DNA of 64,000 nt from Chloroflexota bacterium (GCA_027593235.1 JAQCIU010000012.1:1-64000), one strand, 5' to 3'. Shown: positions 40,931-51,395, numbered from the stretch's first letter. Notes: generated from the sequence alone by a model not told the origin. Numbers and translations: made by a program.

Positions 40931-42904
40931 TCATGTCGCATCCGCGACGGGGCGCTCCAGGATCAGGTTGCCGTCGTCGTCGACCGTCGCTACCCAGTTC
41001 GGCTCGACCAGCGTCGTGGTGTCGAGCTGGTGGATGACGGCGGGGCCAACGAGGCGTGTGCCGGGACGCAGGTGCTCGCGTCGGAAGTTGGGCGTGTCGA
41101 TCTGGGTCTCACCGAACCAGACGGGGGTCACCTCGGGTGCCGGGTCACCCTCGGCGAAGGTCGTGCGGGCCGGTTCGCCCGCACCGGGGACCGTCGCGGT
41201 GGCGCGCACATTGACCACCTCGACCGCAGCGTCGAGGTCGCTGTGCGCGAAGCGCTGCTCGTGCAGCGCGTGGAACGCCGCTCCCGAGGGCGCAAGGTTC
41301 GCCGGGTCGGCCTCGATCGTGAGTTCGTAGGACTGGCCGGCGTAGCGCATGTCGAAGCCGTAGCGGAGCGTCGCGGCCTCGAGGCCGGGCTCGCCTCGGA
41401 CTTCCTCGCCGACCGCGAGCAGCGCGGCGGAGAGCGCGGGGAACGAGGCGTCCTCGAAGCTCGTGAGCACGGAGCGGCTGCGCGTGCCGGTGACGTCGCT
41501 CCAGACCGCGCCCTGGGCGGCGAGCACGCCGGGTAGCAGCGGGATCAGCACGCGCGGCATCTCGAGGGCGTCGGCGAGCGAGCAGGCGTGCAGCGGACCG
41601 GCGCCGCCGAACGCGACCAGCGTGAACTCGCGTGGGTCGTGGCCACGCTGAACCGAGACGACGCGGACCGCCGCCTCCATGTTCGCGGTGGCAACGGCGA
41701 TGACGGCGTGGGCGGCCGCCTCGAGACTGCCGAACGCCTCGACGAGCGGCGCGCCGGCCGCGCGAGCGCGCTCGACGTCGAGGGCCATCGCGCCACCGAG
41801 CAGCCCGCCACCGGCGAGGCGTCCGAGGACGACCTGGGCGTCGGTGACGGTGAAGTCCTCGCCGCGGCCGTAGCTCGCGGGGCCGGGATCGGCGCCAGCC
41901 GACTGCGGTCCGACGCGGAGCGCACCACCGGCGTCGAGGCGTGCGATCGATCCACCGCCCGCGCCGACCGTGTGCACGTCGACGACTGGCGTGCGCGCCG
42001 GGAAGCCGCCGATGACGACGTCCGCGCGCGTCGGGATCGCTCCGTCGCAAAGCGCGACGTCGGTGGAGGTGCCGCCCATGTCGAAGGTGACGATGCGGTC
42101 GATCCCGGCGGACCTCGAGATCTCGAACGCACCGGCGACGCCGGCCGACGGGCCGGAGAGGAGGGTGGCGACCGGGAGCTGGGCCGCGCGGCGGGCGTCG
42201 GCGGAGCCGCCGTCCGACTGCACGATCCGGAGCGGGCCGCAGCCGCGCTCCTCGAGCCCGTCGGAGAGGCGCTGGAGGTAGCGCGCCATCACCGGGCCGA
42301 CGTAGGCGTTCAGCACGGCGGTCGCGGTGCGCTCGACCTCGCGATACTCCGGCGAGACGCGCGACGACACGGAGAGATACATGTCGAACTGGCCGGCGAC
42401 CTCGGCGAAGGCTTCTTCCAGTTCGGGGTTGGCGTAGGCGTAGAGCAGCGACACGGCGAGCGCCTCGGCACCCCCGGCACGCGCGGCCTCGAGCAGGTGG
42501 CGCGCCTGCGCGGCGTCGAACGGACGCTCGACGGCGCCGTGGTGGTCGAGCGCGGCGGAGATTTCGAAGCGCAGTTCCTCGGGCACGAGCGGCTCGGGCG
42601 TCTCTGGTTCGAGGTCGTAGATGTCCTGCCGGTTCTGGCGGCCGATCACCAGCAGGTCGCGCATGCCAGCGGTGGTGACGAGCGCGGTACGGGCCCCGCG
42701 CCGCTCCAGCACCGCGTTCGTGGCGACGGTGGACCCGTGGATCACGAGGTCCGGCGCGACCTCGAGGGCATCGATGCCCTCGAGCACCGCGCGGGATGGG
42801 TCATCGGGCGTGGAGGGGCGTTTGTGGGCGCGAAAGCGCCCGTCCTGCCAGAGCAGGAAGTCGGTGAAGGTACCGCCAACATCGACGCCGAGCAGTGTCG
42901 CCAT
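40931..42904 (-). CDS. Hydantoinase A/5-oxoprolinase family subunit
   Basis: GVDVGGTFTD, HGSTVATN, SGPSAG, DMGGTSTD, GAGGGS, AGADPGP. Confidence 0.93.
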   Translation of the reverse strand: MATLLGVDVGGTFTDFLLWQDGRFRAHKRPSTPDDPSRAVLEGIDALEVAPDLVIHGSTVATNAVLERRGARTALVTTAGMRDLLVIGRQNRQDIYDLEPETPEPLVPEELRFEISAALDHHGAVERPFDAAQARHLLEAARAGGAEALAVSLLYAYANPELEEAFAEVAGQFDMYLSVSSRVSPEYREVERTATAVLNAYVGPVMARYLQRLSDGLEERGCGPLRIVQSDGGSADARRAAQLPVATLLSGPSAGVAGAFEISRSAGIDRIVTFDMGGTSTDVALCDGAIPTRADVVIGGFPARTPVVDVHTVGAGGGSIARLDAGGALRVGPQSAGADPGPASYGRGEDFTVTDAQVVLGRLAGGGLLGGAMALDVERARAAGAPLVEAFGSLEAAAHAVIAVATANMEAAVRVVSVQRGHDPREFTLVAFGGAGPLHACSLADALEMPRVLIPLLPGVLAAQGAVWSDVTGTRSRSVLTSFEDASFPALSAALLAVGEEVRGEPGLEAATLRYGFDMRYAGQSYELTIEADPANLAPSGAAFHALHEQRFAHSDLDAAVEVVNVRATATVPGAGEPARTTFAEGDPAPEVTPVWFGETQIDTPNFRREHLRPGTRLVGPAVIHQLDTTTLVEPNWVATVDDDGNLILERPVADAT

Positions 42905-42950
42905 GGGTGGCATCGTACGGGAGACCTCGGAAGTGTTGGGTCGGTGAATC

Positions 42951-42979
42951 TTGACCCTCGGATCAGGCGTTGCTAGCGT
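42951..42979 (+). promoter_or_regulatory. Sigma70-type promoter of rplY
   Basis: TTGACC-17 nt-TAGCGT with a TG extension; a short GGCGG/CCGCC hairpin follows in the leader. Confidence 0.6.
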
Positions 42980-43034
42980 CGACCCTCTTGGGCGGAGTCC
43001 GCCTACCTCACTGTGTCTCCTGGGAGCATGACCG

Positions 43035-43703
43035 ATGCCGGATAGCTATGACGTTGAACTGCGCTCGGTCACGGGCAAGGGCCTGAAGCAACTGCGTCGC
43101 GACGGGACGACCCCGGCGAACATTTATGGCCGTGGGCTAGAGTCCGTTGCCGTGCAGCTCCCCTGGGCGCGCGCGCGTTTCTTGTTGAACGCGCACGGTC
43201 GGAACACCCTGATCGAGCTGAAGCTCGGCGCCGAGGGGAAAGCCCGTCCAGTGGTCGTGCGAGACATCAGTCGCGACCCGGTCAGCGGCGCCGTGTTCCA
43301 CATCGACTTCTTTCAGGTTGACCTCACGCGGCCGATTCAGGCCGCGGTACCGATCCACTTCATCGGCGAAGCCCCGGCGGTTCACACCTTCGGCGGCGTG
43401 TTCGTGCAGGCGCTCGACGTAGTGCACGTCGAGGCGCTGCCGAACGAGATGCCCGAAGCGGTCGAAGTGTCGATCGAGTCGCTGACAGAGCTGGAGCAGT
43501 CGCTCACGGTCGCGGACATCACGCTGCCACACGGCGTCACGATGCTGACGGCCGAGGACCAGCAGATCGCCCAGATCGCGCGTCCGCGCCTCGAGGTCGA
43601 AGAAGACGAGACCGTGCCCGAGGGCGAAGAGGGTGTCGTGCCTGCGGAGGGCGACGAGGCCGACGAGGCCTCTGGCGAGGAGAGCGAGTCCTCCGAGGGC
43701 TAG
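43035..43703 (+). CDS. rplY: 50S ribosomal protein L25 (Ctc form)
   Basis: GKGLKQLRRDGTTPANIYG, HIDF, acidic C-terminal tail. Confidence 0.93.
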   Translation: MPDSYDVELRSVTGKGLKQLRRDGTTPANIYGRGLESVAVQLPWARARFLLNAHGRNTLIELKLGAEGKARPVVVRDISRDPVSGAVFHIDFFQVDLTRPIQAAVPIHFIGEAPAVHTFGGVFVQALDVVHVEALPNEMPEAVEVSIESLTELEQSLTVADITLPHGVTMLTAEDQQIAQIARPRLEVEEDETVPEGEEGVVPAEGDEADEASGEESESSEG

Positions 43704-43750
43704 CGTTTCGCGCCTGCGGCGCGGAGATCCGATTCACCTAACTCGGTATT

Positions 43751-43777
43751 CGTCATGGGGGTACAGCCCCCGTGACG
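43751..43777. terminator. Hairpin between convergent rplY and rlmN
   Basis: CGTCATGGGGG-TACAG-CCCCCGTGACG, 11-bp stem with one G-U pair. Confidence 0.45.
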
Positions 43778-43889
43778 CACCCGAGCGCCGCTTCAAGATC
43801 GAACCTACTGCTGTTGGCCGGCAGTCTGCTGTTCGTTGCCTGGAAGCGTCGTGCGTCGCGGATGTCGCGACCACTGCTGCTGTGACGGA

Positions 43890-44993
43890 CTAGCTGCGGC
43901 CGGTGACCGCTCCGAGCGTGATCGGCCGGGCTCCACGCGCGACGTCCGTGCGGAGCTGGCCGCAGGCGGCGGCGATTTCCGTCCCACGTTCGATGCGCAC
44001 CGTGGCGTTGATCCCCTGTTCGAGCAGGGCGATGCGGAAGCGGCGCACGCGATCGCGGCTCGGACGGCGCAAGTCGTCACCGGCGGTTGGGTTGTACGGC
44101 ACCAGGTTCACGTGCACCGGGAGCCCACGGATGCGTGCGGCCAGCGCGCGTGCCTGCTCCGGTCGGTCGTTGACGCCCTCGAGCAGCGCGTACGCGAAGG
44201 TGACGCGGCGGCCCGTGATCTCGTGGTAGCGCGTGCCGGCCGCGATGAGCGCGTCGATCGTGACGCCGCCCGCCGTGGGGATGAGGTGACGTCGTAGCTC
44301 ATCGTCCGGCGCGTGCAGTGAGATCGTCAGGCCGATCTGGAGGCCTTCCTCGGCGAGCCGCTCGATCGGGCGGATCAGGCCGACAGTGGAGACGGTGATG
44401 CCGCGCTGGCGCATATCGAGGCCGCGCTTGTCCACGAGCCAGCGGATCGCCCGCATCATCGCGTCGTAGTTCGCCAGTGGTTCGCCCATGCCCATGAAGA
44501 CGACGTTGCTGACGCGGCGCTCGCGGGAGAAGTGCAGCACCTGCGCCACGATCTCCGCCGGGGTGAGGTTGCGGGTGAAGCCCTGCTGGCCGGTGGCGCA
44601 GAAGATGCAGCCCATTGCACAGCCGGCCTGGGTGGAGACGCAGACGGTCGTGCGGCTGCGATCCGAGCTGCGTTCGGTCGCATCGAGGTCCTCGGGGTCG
44701 TAGTCCATGCGCACGGATTCGATGGCCTCGCCGTTGCCGAGGTCCAGCAGGACCTTGGTGGTGGAGCCGTCGTCGGCCGCGCGGGTGGCGAGCACGGCGG
44801 GCGGGCTGATCTCGAAGGCCGCCGCGAGGCGAGCGCGGAGCGGGGCGGGGACGTTGGTCATGTCCTCGAAGCTGGTCGCGCCGTCGCGGGCGGCCCAGCG
44901 GGCGATCTGCCAGGCGCGATAGCGCGGCTCGTCCCAGGCGGCGATCTGCGCCTCGAGTTCGTCGAAGGAGAGGTTGAGGAGGTGCGGGTTCAC
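43890..44993 (-). CDS. rlmN: 23S rRNA m2A2503 methyltransferase RlmN
   Basis: IESV, CVSTQAGCAMGCIFCATG, MGMGEPL, ISLHA, AACGQL. Confidence 0.95.
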   Translation of the reverse strand: MNPHLLNLSFDELEAQIAAWDEPRYRAWQIARWAARDGATSFEDMTNVPAPLRARLAAAFEISPPAVLATRAADDGSTTKVLLDLGNGEAIESVRMDYDPEDLDATERSSDRSRTTVCVSTQAGCAMGCIFCATGQQGFTRNLTPAEIVAQVLHFSRERRVSNVVFMGMGEPLANYDAMMRAIRWLVDKRGLDMRQRGITVSTVGLIRPIERLAEEGLQIGLTISLHAPDDELRRHLIPTAGGVTIDALIAAGTRYHEITGRRVTFAYALLEGVNDRPEQARALAARIRGLPVHVNLVPYNPTAGDDLRRPSRDRVRRFRIALLEQGINATVRIERGTEIAAACGQLRTDVARGARPITLGAVTGRS

Positions 44994-45038
44994 GCTTCGA
45001 GTGTACGGGGCGACCCCGGCTGCGTCGGGCACGGGCGG

Positions 45039-46007
45039 CTAGCCGAGGTGGGAGCCGATCAGCGCGGGATCGCCGTTGAGATACGGCTCGATGTCCTGTG
45101 CCTGGCGACCGGGGCGTTGGATCCGGAGCAGCGCCAGCGCGCCGCTGCCGCAGACGACGACGGCGCGGGCCTTGCGGCCGGGGAGCAGCAGGCTGAGCGC
45201 CGCAGCGTCGCCGGGGAGGACCGTGCCGGGCGCCTCGGAGGTCTCGAGCGCGGGGAGTGGCCATGCTTCGTGGATCGTTATTGGCTGGTTGTCATAAGTA
45301 GTCGTTGCCGATGGCCAGGGATGAAACGCCCGAATCAGGCGGCCGATCGCCTCGCACGACTGATCCCAGTCGACATAACCATCGGCCTTGGTGAGGCGCG
45401 GGGCGTAGGTCATCTGCGCCTCGTCCTGGGGGACAGCCTCGATGTCGCCGGCCACCCATCGCGGGAGCAGCTCCGCGAGGCGGTCCGCACCGAGCTGCGC
45501 GATGCGGTCGGTGAGTTCGCCGGCGGTATCGAGCGGACCGATCGGCGTGCGTACCTCGCCAACGGTGGGGCCGGCATCGAGGGCGCGCACGACCTGCATG
45601 ATCGTCGCGCCGGTCTCGCGGTCCCCGGCGAGGATCGCGGCGGCCACCGGCGCGGCTCCGCGGTGCCGGGGCAGCAGCGAGGCGTGCACGTTCAGCAGCC
45701 CGTGCGGGAACGCCTCCAGCAGGTGGGTTGGCAGGATGTTGCCGTAGGCGGCGACGACGCCCACATCGGGCGCGAGCGCGGCGATCGCCTCGGTGGTGTC
45801 GCGACGCGTCCGCTCGGGTTGGAGGATCGCCGTGACGCCGGCCTCGAGCGCCAATTCCTTCACGGGGGTGGCGAGCGCCTTGCCGCTGCGGCCGCGCGGG
45901 CGGTCCGGCTGCGTGACGACCGCGACCACCTCGGCGCCTGGAAGCGCGAGGCAGGCGCGGAGCGACGGAACGGCGTAGTCGGGGGAGCCGAAGAAGACGA
46001 TTCGCAC
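45039..46007 (-). CDS. fmt: Methionyl-tRNA formyltransferase
   Basis: MRIVFFGSPDYA, VTQPDRPRGR, NVHASLLPRHRGAAP, LDAGP. Confidence 0.96.
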   Translation of the reverse strand: MRIVFFGSPDYAVPSLRACLALPGAEVVAVVTQPDRPRGRSGKALATPVKELALEAGVTAILQPERTRRDTTEAIAALAPDVGVVAAYGNILPTHLLEAFPHGLLNVHASLLPRHRGAAPVAAAILAGDRETGATIMQVVRALDAGPTVGEVRTPIGPLDTAGELTDRIAQLGADRLAELLPRWVAGDIEAVPQDEAQMTYAPRLTKADGYVDWDQSCEAIGRLIRAFHPWPSATTTYDNQPITIHEAWPLPALETSEAPGTVLPGDAAALSLLLPGRKARAVVVCGSGALALLRIQRPGRQAQDIEPYLNGDPALIGSHLG

Positions 46008-46087
46008 GCGCGCGATGGTAGCAGCGAGGTGCGGTGAGACCTCGTGCGTGCCGCTCGCTTCACGCAGGCTGCGACGCCGAGGCTGCC

Positions 46088-46438
46088 CTAGACGGCGAGC
46101 GCGAGTTCGCCCGCTGGCGCGGCGGCGGGCCTGGTGGCGGGTCTGGCGATGCGGTGCGTCACACGCACGCGTGAGCCGCTGCCGTCCGGCTCGATCGTGA
46201 TCTCGACGAGGCCGCCAAACCGCTCCGCGCCATCCGCGACGGTGACCTCCCAGGCGACGCGGGACGGCGCCTCGCGGATCACCTCGGCGCCGACGTCCAG
46301 CGTGTCATCGCGGCCAAAGGGGCGACGCTCTGGATCGGTCAGGTACTCGAAGACCTCGGCGGGCGCGGCCTCGATGTGCTCGTCCAGTTCGACGTGATCC
46401 GAGTCCGGGCTGGGGACGCTGGCTGGCTGGTCGCTCAT
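46088..46438 (-). CDS. SRPBCC/AHSA1-like protein
   Basis: IEAAPAEVFEYLTDPE...GSRVRVTH; translationally coupled to the ArsR gene. Confidence 0.7.
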   Translation of the reverse strand: MSDQPASVPSPDSDHVELDEHIEAAPAEVFEYLTDPERRPFGRDDTLDVGAEVIREAPSRVAWEVTVADGAERFGGLVEITIEPDGSGSRVRVTHRIARPATRPAAAPAGELALAV

Positions 46439-46764
46439 CGGGTGCTCCTGTCTGGCGGTGAATCGGGACGGGACGCCTCGAGATCGCGTCTGGCCTGGCT
46501 GAGGGCGGCGCGCCAGTAGCGCTCCACCTCGGCGCGCACTTCCTCGAGGCCGTCGCTGGAGGCACGGTAGATGCGGCGGCGGCCGTCGCGGCGAACGGTG
46601 ACCAGGCCGGCATCGAGCAACACGCGGAGATGTTGGGAAACGGCCGGCTGGGAGAGCCCAAGCGCGGAGACCAGCTCGCTGACCGCTCGCTCGCCCTTCA
46701 GCAGGTGATCGAGGATGGCGCGCCGGCTTGGGTCCGCGAAGGCCTGCACCGCATCGGTGGTCAT
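46435..46764 (-). CDS. ArsR/SmtB family transcriptional regulator
   Basis: [34 protein letters not shown]. Confidence 0.9.
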   Translation of the reverse strand: MTTDAVQAFADPSRRAILDHLLKGERAVSELVSALGLSQPAVSQHLRVLLDAGLVTVRRDGRRRIYRASSDGLEEVRAEVERYWRAALSQARRDLEASRPDSPPDRSTR

Positions 46765-46880
46765 GGTTTCAGTGTATCGTGACGCATCGCCCTGTGCTTA
46801 TATATTGGGACTGGCCGATTGAGCCGATGGTCGAAACGAGTTCGCCGCGCGATCGCGGCGAACGGGGACGGAGCGCACGC

Positions 46881-47504
46881 ATGGACATCTCGCCACGAGG
46901 GATGATTCCGATGGTGGTCGAAACGGGACCACGCGGAGAGCGCGCGTACGACATCTACTCGCTGCTGCTCAAAGAGCGAATTATTTACCTCGGCAGCGGT
47001 ATTGACTCGAACGTCGCCAACTCGATCGTCGCTCAGCTCCTCTGGCTCGACCGTGAGGATCCCGATCGAGACATCACGCTGTACATCCAGTCGCCGGGCG
47101 GTGAGATCTACTCCGGCCTGGCGATCATCGATGCGATGGAACTCGTCCGCGCGGAGGTGGCCACGATCGCCGTGGGGTTCACGGCGAGCATGGGCACGGC
47201 AATCCTCGCCGCCGGCACGAAGGGCAAGCGCTTCGCGCTGCCGAGCTCGACCATCCACATGCACCAGGCGTTGGGCGGCGCGCGTGGGCAGGCCAGCGAC
47301 GTGGAGATTCAGGCCCGCGAGCTGATGCGCCTGAACGTGCATATGCGTGTGTTCCTGGCGGAGCGGACCGGACGCACACTCGAGGAGGTCGAGCGCGACT
47401 TCGACCGCGACCGCTTCATGGACGCGCAACAGGCGCGCGAGTACGGGCTGGTCGACGAGGTAATCGAAACGACCGCCGCGCTTCCCTCGACCAAGAACTC
47501 CTAG
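46881..47504 (+). CDS. clpP: Second ClpP paralog
   Basis: [25 protein letters not shown]; ASMG, HQ and DRD retained; GGAG RBS before ATG 46881. Confidence 0.95.
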   Translation: MDISPRGMIPMVVETGPRGERAYDIYSLLLKERIIYLGSGIDSNVANSIVAQLLWLDREDPDRDITLYIQSPGGEIYSGLAIIDAMELVRAEVATIAVGFTASMGTAILAAGTKGKRFALPSSTIHMHQALGGARGQASDVEIQARELMRLNVHMRVFLAERTGRTLEEVERDFDRDRFMDAQQAREYGLVDEVIETTAALPSTKNS

Positions 47505-47507
47505 CAG

Positions 47508-49169
47508 CTACTCGCTGGTCGCGAGCGACCAGAGTTGGATATCGCGGAAGCGATCGGCCGGGCTGAACAGCAGGCCCGGCGTGAATCCTTCGACGTTGCC
47601 CGGGTGCACGTAGAGCCGCGAGGGGTAGGCGAGGATCAGGCTCGCAGCCCGCTCCGCGAAGCGCGCCTCGAAGGCGGCGTACAGCTCACGCCGTTCCCCC
47701 GTATCCACGGTCACGCGCGCGGCCTCGAGGAGGGCGTCGCTGGCTGCGTCCTGGTAACCCGCGATGTTCCTGCCGGATTCCGAGATCTGCGAGGTGTGCC
47801 AGCCGAGGTACGGATCCGGATCCGTGTTCGCCTCCCAGCCGAAGAGCGCCAGCTCGTAGTCGCGCGGCACGAGGCGGCGATCGAGCAGATCGCTCGCAGG
47901 GAGCGGCGTGACCTCGATGGAGACGCCTGCGGCATCGAGGGCGTCTGCGACCGCCTCGGCGAGGCGAATGCGCGCGGGATCGGCGTTGGTCACCAACTCG
48001 AGGCTGAGCATCACACCATCGCGTTCCAGCCGCCCCGCCGCGTTTGGCGTGTAGCCGGCGGCCGCCCAGGCATCGACCGCATCCGGTAGCGGCGTGTCGG
48101 ACGCCGGCGTCGCGCCGGCGGTCGGCGTGATGGTAGCGGCGGCATTCGGCTCCGGTTCGGGCAGCTTGAGGTAGGACCGAGGGACGATCACGCCCTCACC
48201 GGGCAGGCCACGGACGCCGGCGGTGCGGATGATCTGTGCTGGATCGATCGAGGCAGCGATCGCTCGACGCAGCGCGACGTTGTCCAGCGGCGCGCGCTGG
48301 TTATTGAGGTAGAGCACCGTGAAGGCGTGTCGAATCAGCGGCGTCGCGAGCAGTTCCTCGCGGGCGAGAATCCCCTCGCCCTCGCGCGGATCGGGCTGCT
48401 CGCCGCGCAGTGCGGCGTCGATCTCGCCCTGGGCCAGCGCCTCGAGCTGGCGCGTGGCGTTGGCGTAGAAGCGCAGCTCCAGGTGCTCGATCTGGGGCGC
48501 GCCGCGGTGGTAGCTGGTGTTCCGCTCCAGCCGCGCGCGCTCGCTGTTGAGCGAGGTGAGCCGGTAGGGCCCGGTGCCGATCGGGCGGGCGTTGGCGCGC
48601 GCCGTTGCCAGATCGGCGGCGGCGATGCCCTCGAAGAGATGTGCTGGGAGGATGCCGACGGCGAGCCGGGTGAGGAAATCGGCGGAGGGATCGGGCAGGC
48701 GCAAGAGGACCGTGCGCTCGTCGATCACGAAGACGTCGACGGGCGCCCACTCCGCGGCCAGCGAGAGGTTGCCGCTGAAATCCGGATCCTGGAGGTAGGC
48801 GATCGTCGCGGCGACGTCGGTGGTGGTGACCGGCGGGCCGTCGTGCCAGGCGATGTCATCGCGCAGCACGAAGGTGTAGGTGCGACCGTCCGGCGTGAGT
48901 TCCCAGCGCTCCGCGAGATCGGGGAGCGGTGTCCCATCACCATCGATGCGAATCAGGCCGTTGAAGATCAGCGCGACGAGATCGGCGTCCGTCGAGTTCG
49001 CTTCGGCGAGTAACGGGTTGATCTGGTTCGCGCCGCCGATCACGCCTTCGACCCAGCGGCTGGTGGCGGCGTCCTCGGACCGCCCGGTGGCGAACCAACC
49101 GAGGGCGACCAGTAGGACGCCGGCGGCGAGGAGTCCGAGATAGGCGCGGCGGAGCGTGAGCCGAGGCAC
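47508..49169 (-). CDS. Family-5 ABC substrate-binding protein (no adjacent permeases)
   Basis: INPLL, LIFNGL, PDLAERW, IGTGPY, DPDPY. Start uncertain (49169 or 49214). Confidence 0.88.
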   Translation of the reverse strand: MPRLTLRRAYLGLLAAGVLLVALGWFATGRSEDAATSRWVEGVIGGANQINPLLAEANSTDADLVALIFNGLIRIDGDGTPLPDLAERWELTPDGRTYTFVLRDDIAWHDGPPVTTTDVAATIAYLQDPDFSGNLSLAAEWAPVDVFVIDERTVLLRLPDPSADFLTRLAVGILPAHLFEGIAAADLATARANARPIGTGPYRLTSLNSERARLERNTSYHRGAPQIEHLELRFYANATRQLEALAQGEIDAALRGEQPDPREGEGILAREELLATPLIRHAFTVLYLNNQRAPLDNVALRRAIAASIDPAQIIRTAGVRGLPGEGVIVPRSYLKLPEPEPNAAATITPTAGATPASDTPLPDAVDAWAAAGYTPNAAGRLERDGVMLSLELVTNADPARIRLAEAVADALDAAGVSIEVTPLPASDLLDRRLVPRDYELALFGWEANTDPDPYLGWHTSQISESGRNIAGYQDAASDALLEAARVTVDTGERRELYAAFEARFAERAASLILAYPSRLYVHPGNVEGFTPGLLFSPADRFRDIQLWSLATSE

Positions 49170-49192
49170 CGGGGACCGCCGGCCGCCCCCGG

Positions 49193-49417
49193 CTATGAGG
49201 CGGCGACGCTCCACGCAGAAACCGCGAGGAAGATCGCGACGACGACGATGGTGAGGTTGTGTAACGACCGCTGGAGCCCACGGCGACTGCGGTAGCTCTG
49301 GTCGGCGCCGCCAAGAGCGGCACCGAATCCGGTGCCCTTGACCTGCATCAACACCAGCACGATCACCACGGCGGAGATCAGAATCTGGGCGAGCGAGAGG
49401 AAGTCACGAAGTTCCAT
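49193..49417 (-). CDS. secG: Preprotein translocase subunit SecG
   Basis: 74 aa, two TMs, VLMQVKGTGFGAALGG, RSRRG. Confidence 0.9.
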   Translation of the reverse strand: MELRDFLSLAQILISAVVIVLVLMQVKGTGFGAALGGADQSYRSRRGLQRSLHNLTIVVVAIFLAVSAWSVAAS

Positions 49418-49538
49418 GAGCGTTCGACGTTAGGGCTCGCGAGAGCCGAGGGCAAGCGACCCGCCGATCACCACCCGTGGCGCGCCGAATCCTGACTCGT
49501 CATAGCATTCCGGCGAGACGTGGAGAGCGGGGGATCAG

Positions 49539-50363
49539 GTGCAGGACTTCGAGGGTCGGGTCGCGGTGGTGACGGGCGGAGCGAGTGGGATCGGACTGGC
49601 GATGGCGCGCCGATTCGCTCGCGAGGGCATGAAGGTGGTCCTCGGCGACTTCGAGCAGGCAGCGCTCGATCGCGCGGTCGCCGCGCTCACGCAGGAGGAA
49701 CACGAGGTGCTGGGCGTCCACATGGACGTGACGCGCGACGAGGATGTCGAACGGCTGCGCGACGAAGCGCTGGAGCGGTTTGGCGGCGTGCACGTGCTGT
49801 GCAACAACGCCGGCGTGATCGATTCGGCGCGGGTGCCGATCTGGGAGTCGACCGCCGCCGACTGGGACTGGGTGTTCGGGATCAACTTCGATGGCGTGCT
49901 GCGCGGCATCCGGGCGTTCGTGCCCACGATGGTCGCCCAGGGCGTGCCCGGGCACGTGGTAAACACCGCCTCGGTCGCTGGCCTGATCGCGGGCTCCGGG
50001 ATCTACGGCGTTTCGAAGCACGCGGTGGTCGCGCTGACCGAGGCGCTCTACCAGAACCTGCAACTGGAGGGCGCGCAGGTGGGCGCCTCCGTGCTCTGCC
50101 CGCCGTTCGTGCAGACGGAGATTTTCCACTCGGCGCGCAACCGCCCGGGCGCCGAGTCGATCGATCCGGACAACCGCCACTCGCTGGTGGAGAACGGCAT
50201 GCTGCCCTCGGAGATCGCGGACTTCGTGCTGGACGGCATCCGCGAGGATCGGTTCTACCTCGCGCCGTTCGCGTCCTTCGACGAGGCGATCGAGGAGCGC
50301 GCGTCGAACGTGGTGGCGCGCCGCAACTGGGTGCCGCGGGCGATGCGCGCGCCCTCGGAGTGA
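49539..50363 (+). CDS. Short-chain dehydrogenase/reductase
   Basis: VTGGASGIG, CNNAGV, NTASVAG, YGVSK. Confidence 0.92.
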   Translation: MQDFEGRVAVVTGGASGIGLAMARRFAREGMKVVLGDFEQAALDRAVAALTQEEHEVLGVHMDVTRDEDVERLRDEALERFGGVHVLCNNAGVIDSARVPIWESTAADWDWVFGINFDGVLRGIRAFVPTMVAQGVPGHVVNTASVAGLIAGSGIYGVSKHAVVALTEALYQNLQLEGAQVGASVLCPPFVQTEIFHSARNRPGAESIDPDNRHSLVENGMLPSEIADFVLDGIREDRFYLAPFASFDEAIEERASNVVARRNWVPRAMRAPSE

Positions 50364-50534
50364 CGGCGGCGCGGGGCCAGCGCCCGGGATGCCGACCCCG
50401 GTGGGTGGTCGGTGTGGCAGGCGGGCCTAACCGAAGGGTCAGTACCTCTTGTTGAAGGCAGCGGTTAGCCTGCGGCGCGGTGGATCCGGTACCGCGATCC
50501 AGCGGTGGTACCGGTGCGGGAGGCGAGCGTGACG

Positions 50535-51395
50535 ATGGCTGCGACCGAGGGTTTCGAGGGCAAGCGGGTACTGGCGGTCTACGGCCACCCGGACGACGAG
50601 GGGCAGGCGACGGGGTCGCTGGCCGCGTTCCTGGCGGCCGGTAGCGCGGTGACGCTGCTCTGCGCGACCCGCGGCGAGGTGGGCGAGATCTCCGATCCCG
50701 CGTTGAGCACGCCGGACACGCTGGGCTACACCCGCGAGCTGGAGCTGCGCGCCGCGATGGCGCAGCTTGGCCTCCGCGATGTCCGCTTCCTGCCGTTCCG
50801 GGACAGCGGGATGGACGGCACCGAGGAGAACAAGCGACCCGACGCGTTCCATCAGCAGACACCGGAGGTGGCGGTGCCCGCGATCTTGCAGGTGATGCGC
50901 GAGGTGCGCCCGCACTTCGTGTTCACGTGGCAGGAGGACGGTGGCTACGGCCACCCGGACCACATCGCCGCCCACAAGCACACGCTTGCCGCCTTCGATG
51001 GCTGCGCCGACGCCGCGCTGTACCCGGAGACGGGCACTCCCTGGCAGCCGGAGCGGCTGTTCTGGGGCGCGCGGACGATGGCGCGCTTCGTCGGGATTCG
51101 CCTTGAGATGGAGAAACGTGGCCTGCTGGACGAGCCGATCGACGACGAGACACGCGCCCGCTTCGAAGAGCTGGCGAAGCGGCCGGCCGCCCCGGCGAGC
51201 GTGATTGTCGACACCTCGGCATTCATCCAGGCGAAGCGCAGCGCCGCCTCGATGCACCGCACGCAGTTCGGCGAGAACGGGATGTGGTCGCGGATCCCCG
51301 AGGATCTCCAGGCGCAGTTTTACGGCGAGGAACGGTTCTACCAGGCACGCCCGGCGTGGCCCGAAGGCGCGGAACCCACCCACAGCTTCGCGTAG
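50535..51395 (+). CDS. PIG-L family deacetylase/amidase (MshB/Mca-like)
   Basis: GHPDDE, TRGEVGE, RDSGM, GGYGHPDH. Confidence 0.88.
   Translation: MAATEGFEGKRVLAVYGHPDDEGQATGSLAAFLAAGSAVTLLCATRGEVGEISDPALSTPDTLGYTRELELRAAMAQLGLRDVRFLPFRDSGMDGTEENKRPDAFHQQTPEVAVPAILQVMREVRPHFVFTWQEDGGYGHPDHIAAHKHTLAAFDGCADAALYPETGTPWQPERLFWGARTMARFVGIRLEMEKRGLLDEPIDDETRARFEELAKRPAAPASVIVDTSAFIQAKRSAASMHRTQFGENGMWSRIPEDLQAQFYGEERFYQARPAWPEGAEPTHSFA

Noticed and set aside
50417-50515. Inverted repeats upstream of the PIG-L gene (CTAACCG/CGGTTAG; TGGATC..GATCCA)
   Set aside because: Short stems overlapping a likely -10 box (TAGCCT); compatible with chance in GC-rich DNA.
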